47,462 bases of DNA from Candidatus Omnitrophota bacterium (GTDB lineage: Bacteria > Ratteibacteria > UBA8468 > MWAK01). The position numbers and the translations under genes are program-made. The notes beneath the pieces were generated by a model. That model ran no database searches. It worked only from the letters and a program-made list of their open reading frames with translations, and was not told where the DNA came from. Where the stretch lies: contig JBDRQI010000007.1 in assembly GCA_043826355.1 (NCBI GenBank), positions 1 through 47,462 on the forward strand, read 5' to 3'. Shown in pieces: positions 35,743 to 43,974 of the stretch; the stretch's first letter is position 1; each line of letters opens with the position of its first letter.

Positions 35743-36525
35743 TCATCCCGACAGCACCCTGGCGGTTGTTGCTGTCTTAAGAGTACGGCTAAAAACGGAA
35801 AAAGCCCGGTTATACCTTAGTTCATGCGCTCCATCAAATATTTCCAGGTAAATCCTGGCTTCAGGATTAATTTCCGTGATGCGGCGATAAAGATTCAAAC
35901 TGTGGGTAAAGGGAACCGCTAAATCATGCTTGCCGTGCGCAATATAAACACGCGCCCGGGCTATCCGGTCCGCATAACTGATTGGCGAACGTCGCAAGTA
36001 TTCCGCTTTTCTTTCCGGCGAATTCGGCGGTCCGCCGCAGCAGGCCTCCGTGTGCGGCGCATAATTCCGGTTCTCGCTGTGCCAGGCAACCAGATCGGTA
36101 ATTGAACAGGAAGCATAAACTAAGGCCCAAATCTCCGGCCGGTAGCCGGCCATCATCAGGGACATCTGCCCGCCGCCGCTGCCGCCCAGCAAAAATATTC
36201 TGGCTTTGTTGATACAGCCGTATTGGCCGACATAGTCCACCGCATCAACGATGTCCTGCATCGCCTGCGGAGAAGCGCAGGCCTCTGGGGCGCGGGGATT
36301 GGAGCTTAAATTCGGGCCGCGGAATTCCGGAAGAAGAAGATGGCAACCGAGTTCCTTGGCCCGGGGCGCCACCGATTCAACCTGGTTCCAACGATCAGAA
36401 CTCCAGGTATGCAAGCAGACGATCAATGGTGCGGGATTTCTGGAATCCGCCCGCATAAAAAGGGACGGCTCTTCCGAACCGTCCAGGGAAGAAGTAATCC
36501 GTAGTTCTTCCGGAATGTTTTTCAT
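35743..36525 (-). CDS. Alpha/beta hydrolase (prolyl oligopeptidase-like)
   Basis: GGSGGG nucleophile elbow, HGKHD, GAH. Confidence 0.85.
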   Translation of the reverse strand: MKNIPEELRITSSLDGSEEPSLFMRADSRNPAPLIVCLHTWSSDRWNQVESVAPRAKELGCHLLLPEFRGPNLSSNPRAPEACASPQAMQDIVDAVDYVGQYGCINKARIFLLGGSGGGQMSLMMAGYRPEIWALVYASCSITDLVAWHSENRNYAPHTEACCGGPPNSPERKAEYLRRSPISYADRIARARVYIAHGKHDLAVPFTHSLNLYRRITEINPEARIYLEIFDGAHELRYNRAFSVFSRTLKTATTARVLSG

Positions 36526-36611
36526 GCCCGCCTCTTTTCGAAAAACGCGGTATTGTTAAAAATATTGTCCATTTTTAATGACCGCCTCCGGGCCGCCGGC
36601 GCTAAAGTTTA

Positions 36612-36634
36612 CGCACCCTGAAGGGTGCGGCTAC
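36612..36634 (-). repeat. GTAG REP copy 2; its TAG is the stop of the rhomboid gene
   Basis: GTAGCCGCACCCTTCAGGGTGCG. Confidence 0.85.
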
Positions 36635-37266
36635 CTGTTTTCCTTCCAATCTATCCCTTTCACTACGATGTAGGCGATGACCGAACCAACTATCCCGCCG
36701 GCGTGACAGACAAGGATGGGCGTACCCACCATGCCAAAAAGGAGAAAACTGAAGGGGAACTTTCCAGTAATCGTTTCATAGGCCACTATCAGGAGCAGGA
36801 ACAAAAAAACAGCCGCCCCGATTGTTTTATCGATTTTGTCTTTCTTTGCGCGGAAAACCATCTCCAGCGCCCCGAGCGCGGCTATCCCGTAGGTAATACC
36901 GGACAAACCGCGCAGACCAACCTCCGGAACCAGGGGCGAAAACCATATTCCGGCCAGCAGACTGCCGGCGCCGGCCAGAATAACATAAAAGAGGCGGTAG
37001 AAGATTCGTTTCTCATCCAGGGACAGATATACCAGGAAAAAAGGCAGACTGTCTAAAAAAAGGTGATACCAGGTAACGTGGGCGAACAAGCCGGTAAAGA
37101 CCCGCCACCATTCCCCCTGCTTTACGAGAGCGGGATAAAATGCCCAGCGGGTGGTCTTTCCGCCAAAAAAGAGTGGGTAATTTGTGAACAGAAGCAAGCC
37201 TACCAGAAGCCAGAAATCCCAACAGCGGTAAAACGGCTTGTTTCTAATCAACTGCCCTCCGGTCAA
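36631..37266 (-). CDS. Rhomboid-family intramembrane protease, rhombosortase-like
   Basis: GEWWRVFTGLFAH..WYHL, GLSG (catalytic Ser), HAGG (catalytic His); TTG start uncertain. Confidence 0.8.
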   Translation of the reverse strand: MTGGQLIRNKPFYRCWDFWLLVGLLLFTNYPLFFGGKTTRWAFYPALVKQGEWWRVFTGLFAHVTWYHLFLDSLPFFLVYLSLDEKRIFYRLFYVILAGAGSLLAGIWFSPLVPEVGLRGLSGITYGIAALGALEMVFRAKKDKIDKTIGAAVFLFLLLIVAYETITGKFPFSFLLFGMVGTPILVCHAGGIVGSVIAYIVVKGIDWKENR

Positions 37267-37344
37267 GGTTTATCCCTGTCTCTGCTTGCCGGAAAAATTA
37301 TAGCATTAAGAAAAATCACCGTCAATCAACATCGCCGCCGATAA

Positions 37345-37374
37345 TTGCTAGTGCCGTGCGCTAACGGTTATAAT
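37345..37374 (+). promoter_or_regulatory. Candidate promoter for the exonuclease-DinG gene
   Basis: TTGCTA-N18-TATAAT. Confidence 0.55.
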
Positions 37375-37406
37375 AAAGGAGGTGGTGATTGAGGCGATAA
37401 AATAAT

Positions 37407-37440
37407 GAGATTGCCACGCTGAAAAACGCTCATAATGACA
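37407..37440 (+). repeat. Degenerate TGACA-ended REP overlapping the DinG start codon
   Basis: GAGATTGCCACGCTGAAAAACGCTCATAATGACA, similar to the minus-strand arm at 22255-22222. Confidence 0.6.
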
Positions 37441-40176
37441 GATAATTTGATCTGGCAGGAGAAAACAGTGGTCTTTTTAGACCTGGAGACGACCGGGCTT
37501 ACCGCGGGCCGGGACCGGATTATCGAGTTCGGCGCCCTGAAGACAAAAGGCCGGAAAGAGACGGCCGTATTTGAAGCCCTGGTCAAACCCGGCATACCCA
37601 TTCCGTCCTTCGTTACCCGGCTCACCGGCATTACCGAAGCGGAAGTTTCAGAAAAGGGCCGCGAATTGCAGCCGGCCCTCAATGAACTGCAGAAATTCAT
37701 CGGTGATTGTCCGCTCATCGGCCACAACCTTGATTTTGACCTCTCATTCCTAAAATCCGCCGGTCTTGATTTGCCGAACCAGACCCTGGATACCGCAATC
37801 CTGACCGCCTTAATCCTGCCGGTTGAAAAACATTACAGCCTCAGGGTCCTGGCCCAAAAATTTTTTAATGAAACAGAAACGCACCGCGGCCTCTCTGACG
37901 CCCGGCAAACCTTTAAACTTTTCTGGGCGGTCATCGACCGGATAGAACCGGGAGACCGCCTGTTGCTGGAAAATATGGCGCGGCTCCTGAACGGGGCAGA
38001 ACCGCTGCTCTCGGAATTATTTCAAGAACTATCAACGCGAAATTTAAGTCGTAAAGCGCAAAATATAAAACCAAAAGAAGAAAATGATTGGAGAAAAAAA
38101 GCGGAGCCGGAAGAATTAACCGTACCGGTGGAGAAAGAGGAGATAACCCGCCTTTTAAAAAAAGACGGGTTCCTGACTAAACTGACCAACTACGAACACC
38201 GGCCCCAGCAATTAGAGATGGCGAAACTGGTCTGCGCCGCCTTTAATGATTCCGCAAAGTTAGTGGTGGAAACGCCGACCGGCGTAGGAAAGACCCTGGC
38301 TTACCTGGTTCCGGCCATCATCTTTGCAACGGCAAACCGCCGGCACGTGGTAATATCAACCAACACCAAAAATCTTCAAACCCAAATCTGGGAAAAAGAA
38401 CTCCCGTTCCTGAAAGAAAACCTGCCCGGTTTAAAATGGCGCGCCAGCCGGCTGCTGGGAAAGGAAAATTATTTCTGCCAGCGCCGGTTCCACAATATCT
38501 ACGAAAAAAACCCGGGGTTATTCCCCAAAGATGAAACAGCGCTCGCCTACCTGGTCTCCTTCCGCCATAAAAGCCGGGAAGGTATCCTGGAAGAGACCTC
38601 CTCTTTTATGCAGTTGCGGTTCCCCGACCTGAAGAACTGGCTGGATGAAATGAGGGGAAACGCCAAGACCTGCCTTAACCGCGCCTGCCCTTTTTACCGA
38701 AGTTGTTTTTATCAAAAAGCGCGGATAGCCGCGGAAAATTCCGACCTCATCGTCTCCAATCATGCCCTGACCCTCTCGCCGCCGGCCTGGTTTCCGGAAT
38801 TCAAACACCTTGTCCTGGACGAAGCCCAGAACATTGAGGACGCCGCTTCGGAAAGTTACAGCCGGGGCGTGGAAGGCGACCAGGCAATCGGAATCCTATT
38901 GGCGCTCAGCGCTTTCCTGTCAGGAGAAAAGAGCCGCAACCGTGCTTCCGCGGAAATCAGGAAAATGATGCCGGAAGTCAGAAGGTTGTGGCAGCAATTT
39001 TCCAGCGGGATGGTCCGGCTGATGCCGGAATACGGAACGATAAATATTAACGACTTAAAGAGAGATAACCGCTGGCCGGAAATTGAACTTGCCCGGCAAA
39101 ATTTTCAGATATCCTGGCAGGAATTAGAGACGCAGTTCGGAAAAATCAGCGCTGGCCGGATTGACGAACCGACCGACGAATCAGCCGAACAAAAACTGGC
39201 GCTGGCCGGACTCCAATTGGAACTCACAAACCTCAAAGAAGATCTGGCGTTTGTCTTCAGCCCGCAGGAGAACTACGTTGCCTTTTCCCGCCGGAAAGAT
39301 GCACCGCGGAACGCCCAGACCCGCCAAACCGAAACGTGGTTGGCCCGGGCGATGCCAATAGAAGTTGACGTTTTTTTACGCGAACGCCTCTTCGCCGGCC
39401 TGAAAACCCTGGTTTGCACCTCAGCCACCCTGACCGTATCCGGAAAATTTGACTTTTTCCTGAACCGAATTGGCCTGGCCGGACTGCCGTCGGCCATAAC
39501 CGCCCGGATCGATTCGCCTTTTGACTTTTCCAACCAGTCCATCCTGGCCATTCCCGGAAATTTCCAGCGCTACGACTATCACGACCATCCGGGTATCTTT
39601 GTTTCCGCGCTGGCCGAAGGCATAAAAAGAACGGCCCTGGCCCTGGGCGGAAAAGAACTGGCGCTCTTTTCGGCGCGTTCCCGGATGGAAGATGTTTACG
39701 GGAAGATAAAAGAAGACCTGGAAAAAAACGGGGTGGCGCTACTGTGCCAGAATATAGACGGCTACCGTAATTTCCTGGTGGAAACGCTGAAAGGAGCAAG
39801 CGGGGATATGCTGCTGTTCGGCTCCAAAAGTTTTCAGGAAGGCGTGGATATTTCGGGCTTAAAGGCGGTGCTGATTGAAAAGATGCCTTTTCCGAGCCGC
39901 TCCGACCCTCTGGTGGAAGCGCGGCAGAAAGCGGTTCTCAAAAAAGGCGGCCGGCCCTTTCAAGATTATATACTGCCGCTGGCAATCATCGGCCTGCGCC
40001 AGTCGTTCGGACGGCTTATCCGGAATAAATCAGACCGGGGCGCGGTAATAATCTTTGACCCGCGCATCCTGAGCGACTATCCGGAGGTACTGGATTCTTT
40101 ACCGGAATGTTCGATGGTGATTGAAGACACGCCGGCCTTTTACCAAAAATTAGCGGCTGCCTGCAAACAGTTATAA
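37435..40176 (+). CDS. dinG: DnaQ-like 3'-5' exonuclease fused to DinG-family helicase
   Basis: DLETTG, GHNLDFD, HRGLSDA (DEDDh); Q-motif RPQQ, PTGVGKT, LDEAQ, TSATL, QSFGRLIR. Confidence 0.9.
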   Translation: MTDNLIWQEKTVVFLDLETTGLTAGRDRIIEFGALKTKGRKETAVFEALVKPGIPIPSFVTRLTGITEAEVSEKGRELQPALNELQKFIGDCPLIGHNLDFDLSFLKSAGLDLPNQTLDTAILTALILPVEKHYSLRVLAQKFFNETETHRGLSDARQTFKLFWAVIDRIEPGDRLLLENMARLLNGAEPLLSELFQELSTRNLSRKAQNIKPKEENDWRKKAEPEELTVPVEKEEITRLLKKDGFLTKLTNYEHRPQQLEMAKLVCAAFNDSAKLVVETPTGVGKTLAYLVPAIIFATANRRHVVISTNTKNLQTQIWEKELPFLKENLPGLKWRASRLLGKENYFCQRRFHNIYEKNPGLFPKDETALAYLVSFRHKSREGILEETSSFMQLRFPDLKNWLDEMRGNAKTCLNRACPFYRSCFYQKARIAAENSDLIVSNHALTLSPPAWFPEFKHLVLDEAQNIEDAASESYSRGVEGDQAIGILLALSAFLSGEKSRNRASAEIRKMMPEVRRLWQQFSSGMVRLMPEYGTININDLKRDNRWPEIELARQNFQISWQELETQFGKISAGRIDEPTDESAEQKLALAGLQLELTNLKEDLAFVFSPQENYVAFSRRKDAPRNAQTRQTETWLARAMPIEVDVFLRERLFAGLKTLVCTSATLTVSGKFDFFLNRIGLAGLPSAITARIDSPFDFSNQSILAIPGNFQRYDYHDHPGIFVSALAEGIKRTALALGGKELALFSARSRMEDVYGKIKEDLEKNGVALLCQNIDGYRNFLVETLKGASGDMLLFGSKSFQEGVDISGLKAVLIEKMPFPSRSDPLVEARQKAVLKKGGRPFQDYILPLAIIGLRQSFGRLIRNKSDRGAVIIFDPRILSDYPEVLDSLPECSMVIEDTPAFYQKLAAACKQL

Positions 40177-41055
40177 AAGTTGTTCTTTGCCGGTGTTAAC
40201 CGAATTTTCCAACGCTTCTAAAATCGCCTGGACTTCTACGCTCTCTTCCAACGAAACCGGCGGGTCGGCACCCTGGAAAAACTCCACAATCTTTTTCAGT
40301 AAATCGGTGTAGAGTCGGGAAACATCTATCTGCAGGAACTTCACCGCCTTATCGTTAAGCCCCATCACCGCGTAATGCCAAACACCTTCATTAAGCTGGA
40401 CGGTCGCCCTCCGGCCGTCACCGTATTCAATAATTCCGGAAACTCCCATTGGGTCCCGGCGGCCGAAAACCTTTTTGGCGCCCAAACCCATCACGGCTTG
40501 TACCATCTCCACGGTGTGGATTCCGTACCAGATGATAGAACTGCCGGCCGGCGCCAGACCTAACGGCCCAAGGGCGCCGCCGATTTTCGGTTGGGGAATT
40601 TCCCGGGACAATTTAATAACCTGGGGCGCAAAACGCAGGGAAGATGCGCTGAATATTTTTACTTTATTTTCCCGGGCAAGCCGGAAAATATCCTGCGCAT
40701 TTCTAAGGTTATCGGCCGGCGGCTTGTCCAGAAAAATCGGTTTGCCGGCATCCATTATTTTCTTACAATAATCCAAGTGCAAAGAAGGGTCGTTAATCTC
40801 CAGCATGATAACATCAACCCCACTTAAAACGTCTTCCGGAACACCTGTTACTTTTACTCCCCACTCCTCCATTTGGTTCTGTCTTTTATCCTGGTCCGGC
40901 TCGGCCTGAAAAGGTGAGGGAAAGCGCAGACAACTAACCACTTTCATGCCCTCAACCTTCTGGTCCGAAGGGCAGCCCGGCGCCTGCAAACGCCGCGTAA
41001 ATTCAATGGTGTGACTGGAATCCAACCCAATAATTCCTGCCTTCAACTCTTTCAT
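40171..41055 (-). CDS. Gfo/Idh/MocA family oxidoreductase
   Basis: GIIGLDSSH, FLDKP, SSLRF, WYGIH; GGAGG SD. Confidence 0.85.
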   Translation of the reverse strand: MKELKAGIIGLDSSHTIEFTRRLQAPGCPSDQKVEGMKVVSCLRFPSPFQAEPDQDKRQNQMEEWGVKVTGVPEDVLSGVDVIMLEINDPSLHLDYCKKIMDAGKPIFLDKPPADNLRNAQDIFRLARENKVKIFSASSLRFAPQVIKLSREIPQPKIGGALGPLGLAPAGSSIIWYGIHTVEMVQAVMGLGAKKVFGRRDPMGVSGIIEYGDGRRATVQLNEGVWHYAVMGLNDKAVKFLQIDVSRLYTDLLKKIVEFFQGADPPVSLEESVEVQAILEALENSVNTGKEQLL

Positions 41056-41103
41056 CTCTATTTTCCTCCTCCGTATATTTTTGGCGACCATGAAAAGATC
41101 GCG

Positions 41104-41745
41104 CTACATATCGCGGTTTTCGGGAAAATCCTCTAAGGAATTAAGGATAAGATACGGTCTGGCGGCTTCGATCTCTTCTCTGGTGGAAGAACCGGTGGCC
41201 ACGATTACTGTCTTGACGCCGGCCGCCGCTCCGGTCTGCGCATCAATGTCCATATCACCCACGTAAACCGCCTCTGCCCGGGAAATCTGAAAATAGTCCA
41301 GGAGTGCTATCAGAATATCCGGCGCCGGCTTGGGTTCCGGCACCTCTTCCCCGGTCAGGACCCGGTCAAAATAGGACTCAAGGCCTAAAATCTTTATCAA
41401 GAGAACCGCTGTCTCTTTGGGCCGGTTGGAAGCCACCGCCAGAATCCTGCCTTTTGTCCGGAGATTTTGCAAAAGAGCGAGCGCACCGGGCAGTAAAGAA
41501 ATTTTGCCGGCCAGGTTTCCCTTGTGATGTTCCCGGTATATCTGCCGGGCTTCAAGTATTTTCTCTTCCGGAAGAAATTCTTTTAACAGACCGTCGTTTC
41601 CTGTCCCTACCGCCCGGATAATTTTCTCCGGTTCTGCTTCCGGATGATTCAGCCGCCGGAGTGTGTAATTCATACTCTCCACAATAGCCGGATATGCGTT
41701 AATCAGGGTACCATCCAGGTCAAAAATGAATAGTTTTTTGGTCAT
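41104..41745 (-). CDS. HAD-IA family hydrolase (phosphoglycolate phosphatase-like)
   Basis: FDLDGTL, ASN, KPAPD, YVGDMDID. Confidence 0.9.
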   Translation of the reverse strand: MTKKLFIFDLDGTLINAYPAIVESMNYTLRRLNHPEAEPEKIIRAVGTGNDGLLKEFLPEEKILEARQIYREHHKGNLAGKISLLPGALALLQNLRTKGRILAVASNRPKETAVLLIKILGLESYFDRVLTGEEVPEPKPAPDILIALLDYFQISRAEAVYVGDMDIDAQTGAAAGVKTVIVATGSSTREEIEAARPYLILNSLEDFPENRDM

Positions 41746-41798
41746 TTTATGATATTTTACCCTAAAAATGCCGTCTTTAGCAAAAATTTGCCACCTTT

Positions 41799-41828
41799 TT
41801 GACAAAAATCGGTCTAAAATAGTATAAT
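41799..41828 (+). promoter_or_regulatory. Consensus sigma70 promoter for tRNA-Tyr-tig
   Basis: TTGACA-N18-TATAAT, 11 nt upstream of the tRNA. Confidence 0.75.
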
Positions 41829-41839
41829 TTTTCTAAGTT

Positions 41840-41924
41840 GGGTAGGTGGCGGAGCGGCCAATCGCACCAGACTGTAAATCTGGCGACCGGAAGGTCTTCG
41901 GAGGTTCAAATCCTCCCCTGCCCA
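41840..41924 (+). tRNA. tRNA-Tyr(GTA), CCA not encoded
   Basis: Acceptor GGGTAGG/CCTGCCC-A; anticodon arm CCAGA-CTGTAAA-TCTGG; long variable arm; T-arm GGAGG-TTCAAAT-CCTCC. Confidence 0.95.
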
Positions 41925-42065
41925 CTTCGTCTCTGACCTCGAAGGGGAGGATTTGAAGAGAACGAAGTCAGGAACTGCGACGAATAGGCAGCAGTTCCAG
42001 TGAGTGGCCGACCCGAGGCGTAGTGGGAGCCGAGCGGCGCCAAATCCGTCCTCCCCTGCCCACTT
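41925..42065 (+). repeat. tRNA-linked structured trailer with inverted (15 bp) and direct (17 bp) copies of the tRNA 3' end
   Basis: 41943-41957 is the reverse complement of 41905-41919; 42049-42065 equals 41911-41927. Confidence 0.85.
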
Positions 42066-42097
42066 GTAAGATTTCCTGAAAAGAATAAACATAAACT

Positions 42098-43090
42098 ATG
42101 CCGAAGACAGAACTGAAGGTGCTGGAGGGCTGCCGGCGGCAGCTGCGGATTGAGGTTGAACCGGAGACCGTAAAGAAGACCTATCAGGAAGTAATCCGGG
42201 GCGCGGAAAAAGCCGCGCAAATTCCCGGATTCCGGCCCGGTAAGGCGCCCCGGGAAATAATCAAAGAAAGGTACCGGGATGTTATCAACAAAGAAATTAT
42301 GGAAAAATTAATCCCGGAAACCTACCAGAAGGCGCTTGAAGCGCAGGAACTTAAACCGGTCTGCGAACCGGAAATAACCGAACTGGATCTGACCGAGGAA
42401 CGACTTGTTTATACCGCTACTTTTGACATCGCCCCGGTGGTGGAATTGGAGTCCTACGGCGGCCTCTCACTGGAAAAGAAAGAGACGCAGATTACCGAAG
42501 AAGAGGTCAATCGGGTACTGGAAGAAGTCCTGGCCCACAATCCGAAACTTCAGATAGAAGCGCGCGATTTGAAAGCGCGTGAGAATATAAAAAACAGTTT
42601 GCGCCAGCGCCTGGAGTACCAGGCCCAGGCGATAGCCGGCCGGGAAGAAGACGACCGGATAGTGGCGCAACTCCTGAGCCGTTCCAAATTTGCGGCGCCG
42701 GAGAGCCTGGTAACCGAAAGAGCGGTTGAACTTCTGCACCGGGAATTGGGAAATACGCCGGACATCAAGACCAAGAGCGAGGCGGAACAGAAAAAAATCG
42801 CCGCGGAGCTTTTTGAAAAGATAAAGCCCCGGGCCGAAAAAGAAGTAAAGGCATCCTTCGTCCTGGCCGAAGTTGCCGAACGGGAAAAAGTGGAAGTCAG
42901 CGAGGAAGACGCCGACAAGCGAATTGAAATCCTGGCAAAGGTGGCCGGCAAAGAAAGAGAAGAGTTTACGGCTAACATCAGCGCAGAACAACGTGCAGAG
43001 TTGAAGGGTCAAATCCGCATCGAAAGAACCCTGGCCCTTTTAAAAAAACGCTCCCTGCTGATTAATAAACCGCGAATCATAAAAGCGTAA
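42098..43090 (+). CDS. tig: Trigger factor (short form, 330 aa)
   Basis: [10 protein letters not shown] ribosome-binding signature, C-terminal helical domain, position before clpP. Confidence 0.9.
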   Translation: MPKTELKVLEGCRRQLRIEVEPETVKKTYQEVIRGAEKAAQIPGFRPGKAPREIIKERYRDVINKEIMEKLIPETYQKALEAQELKPVCEPEITELDLTEERLVYTATFDIAPVVELESYGGLSLEKKETQITEEEVNRVLEEVLAHNPKLQIEARDLKARENIKNSLRQRLEYQAQAIAGREEDDRIVAQLLSRSKFAAPESLVTERAVELLHRELGNTPDIKTKSEAEQKKIAAELFEKIKPRAEKEVKASFVLAEVAEREKVEVSEEDADKRIEILAKVAGKEREEFTANISAEQRAELKGQIRIERTLALLKKRSLLINKPRIIKA

Positions 43091-43098
43091 AAATAATC

Positions 43099-43248
43099 GG
43101 ACGCAGATATACGCCGAAACAGCCGGATAACGCTAAAAAAGAATACCACGGAAGACGGAAGTTTGGAAGTACAAAAAGAAACACCTTTAATCAAAGTTTT
43201 TGGTGTTTCCGTGGTAAAAATTCTTTATCTGCTGGAATCTGCGTCCAA
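43099..43248 (+). repeat. Nested inverted-repeat element, copy B
   Basis: GGACGCAGAT..TACCACGGA..TCCGTGGTA..ATCTGCGTCC; homologous to 21482-21284. Confidence 0.8.
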
Positions 43249-43260
43249 GCGGAGGTTGAT

Positions 43261-43848
43261 ATGCTGGTTCCTTTTGTAATTGAAAAGACGCCGACCGGGG
43301 AACGTTCATACGACATCTATTCCCGTCTCTTAAAGGACCGGATTATCTTTATCGGCACCCAGATTGACGACCAGGTAGCCAACCTGGTGGTCGCCCAAAT
43401 GCTCTTTTTAAAAAGCGAAGGCGCCCAAAAGGATATCCACCTTTACATTAATAGTCCGGGCGGCGAGATAACCGCAGGGCTGGCAATCTACGACACGATG
43501 CAGTTTGTCGGATGCGGTGTTGCCACCTACTGTCTGGGACAAGCCAGCAGCATGGCGGCCATCCTTTTGACCGGAGGAACCAAGGGGAAAAGATTCATTC
43601 TTCCCAACGGCCGGGTACTCATCCACCAGCCCTGGGGCGGCTTCCAGGGTGATGTCTCGGCAACATCCATCCATACCAGGGAAATGCTTCGGCTGCACGA
43701 CCGGGTAAATAAAATCCTTTCCCTCCATACCGGTAAATCAATGCGCCGGATTATCACAGATACCGACCGGGATTTCTATATGTCTGCGGAAGCTGCGGTT
43801 GTGTATGGAATTTGCGATGCTGTTTTGACTAAACAAAAAAACGGTTAA
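43261..43848 (+). CDS. clpP: ATP-dependent Clp protease proteolytic subunit
   Basis: [24 protein letters not shown] (Ser), HQP (His), DRD (Asp). Confidence 0.97.
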   Translation: MLVPFVIEKTPTGERSYDIYSRLLKDRIIFIGTQIDDQVANLVVAQMLFLKSEGAQKDIHLYINSPGGEITAGLAIYDTMQFVGCGVATYCLGQASSMAAILLTGGTKGKRFILPNGRVLIHQPWGGFQGDVSATSIHTREMLRLHDRVNKILSLHTGKSMRRIITDTDRDFYMSAEAAVVYGICDAVLTKQKNG

Positions 43849-43889
43849 TAAAGAAACCTCAGCGCCTCTTAAATGCTCTAAGTTAACAT

Positions 43890-43960
43890 TGTCATCCTGA
43901 GTGTATACGAGAAGGATCTATCTTTAACAACGAGATTCTTCGCTATCGCTCAGAATGACA
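43890..43960. repeat. TGTCA..TGACA inverted REP doublet between clpP and lon
   Basis: TGTCATCCTGAG..GAAGGATCT / AGATTCTTCG..CTCAGAATGACA. Confidence 0.8.
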
Positions 43961-43974
43961 CAGAGGAACTATAT

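Noticed and set aside
37376..37404. Strong AAGGAGGTG SD followed by a 6-codon mini-ORF
   Set aside because: It begins 2 nt after a TATAAT box, so most of it probably lies upstream of the transcription start.
41925..42065. Second tRNA gene, tmRNA or prophage after tRNA-Tyr
   Set aside because: No D or anticodon arm, no tag ORF, no integrase or phage genes; only 138 bp lie between the direct repeats.
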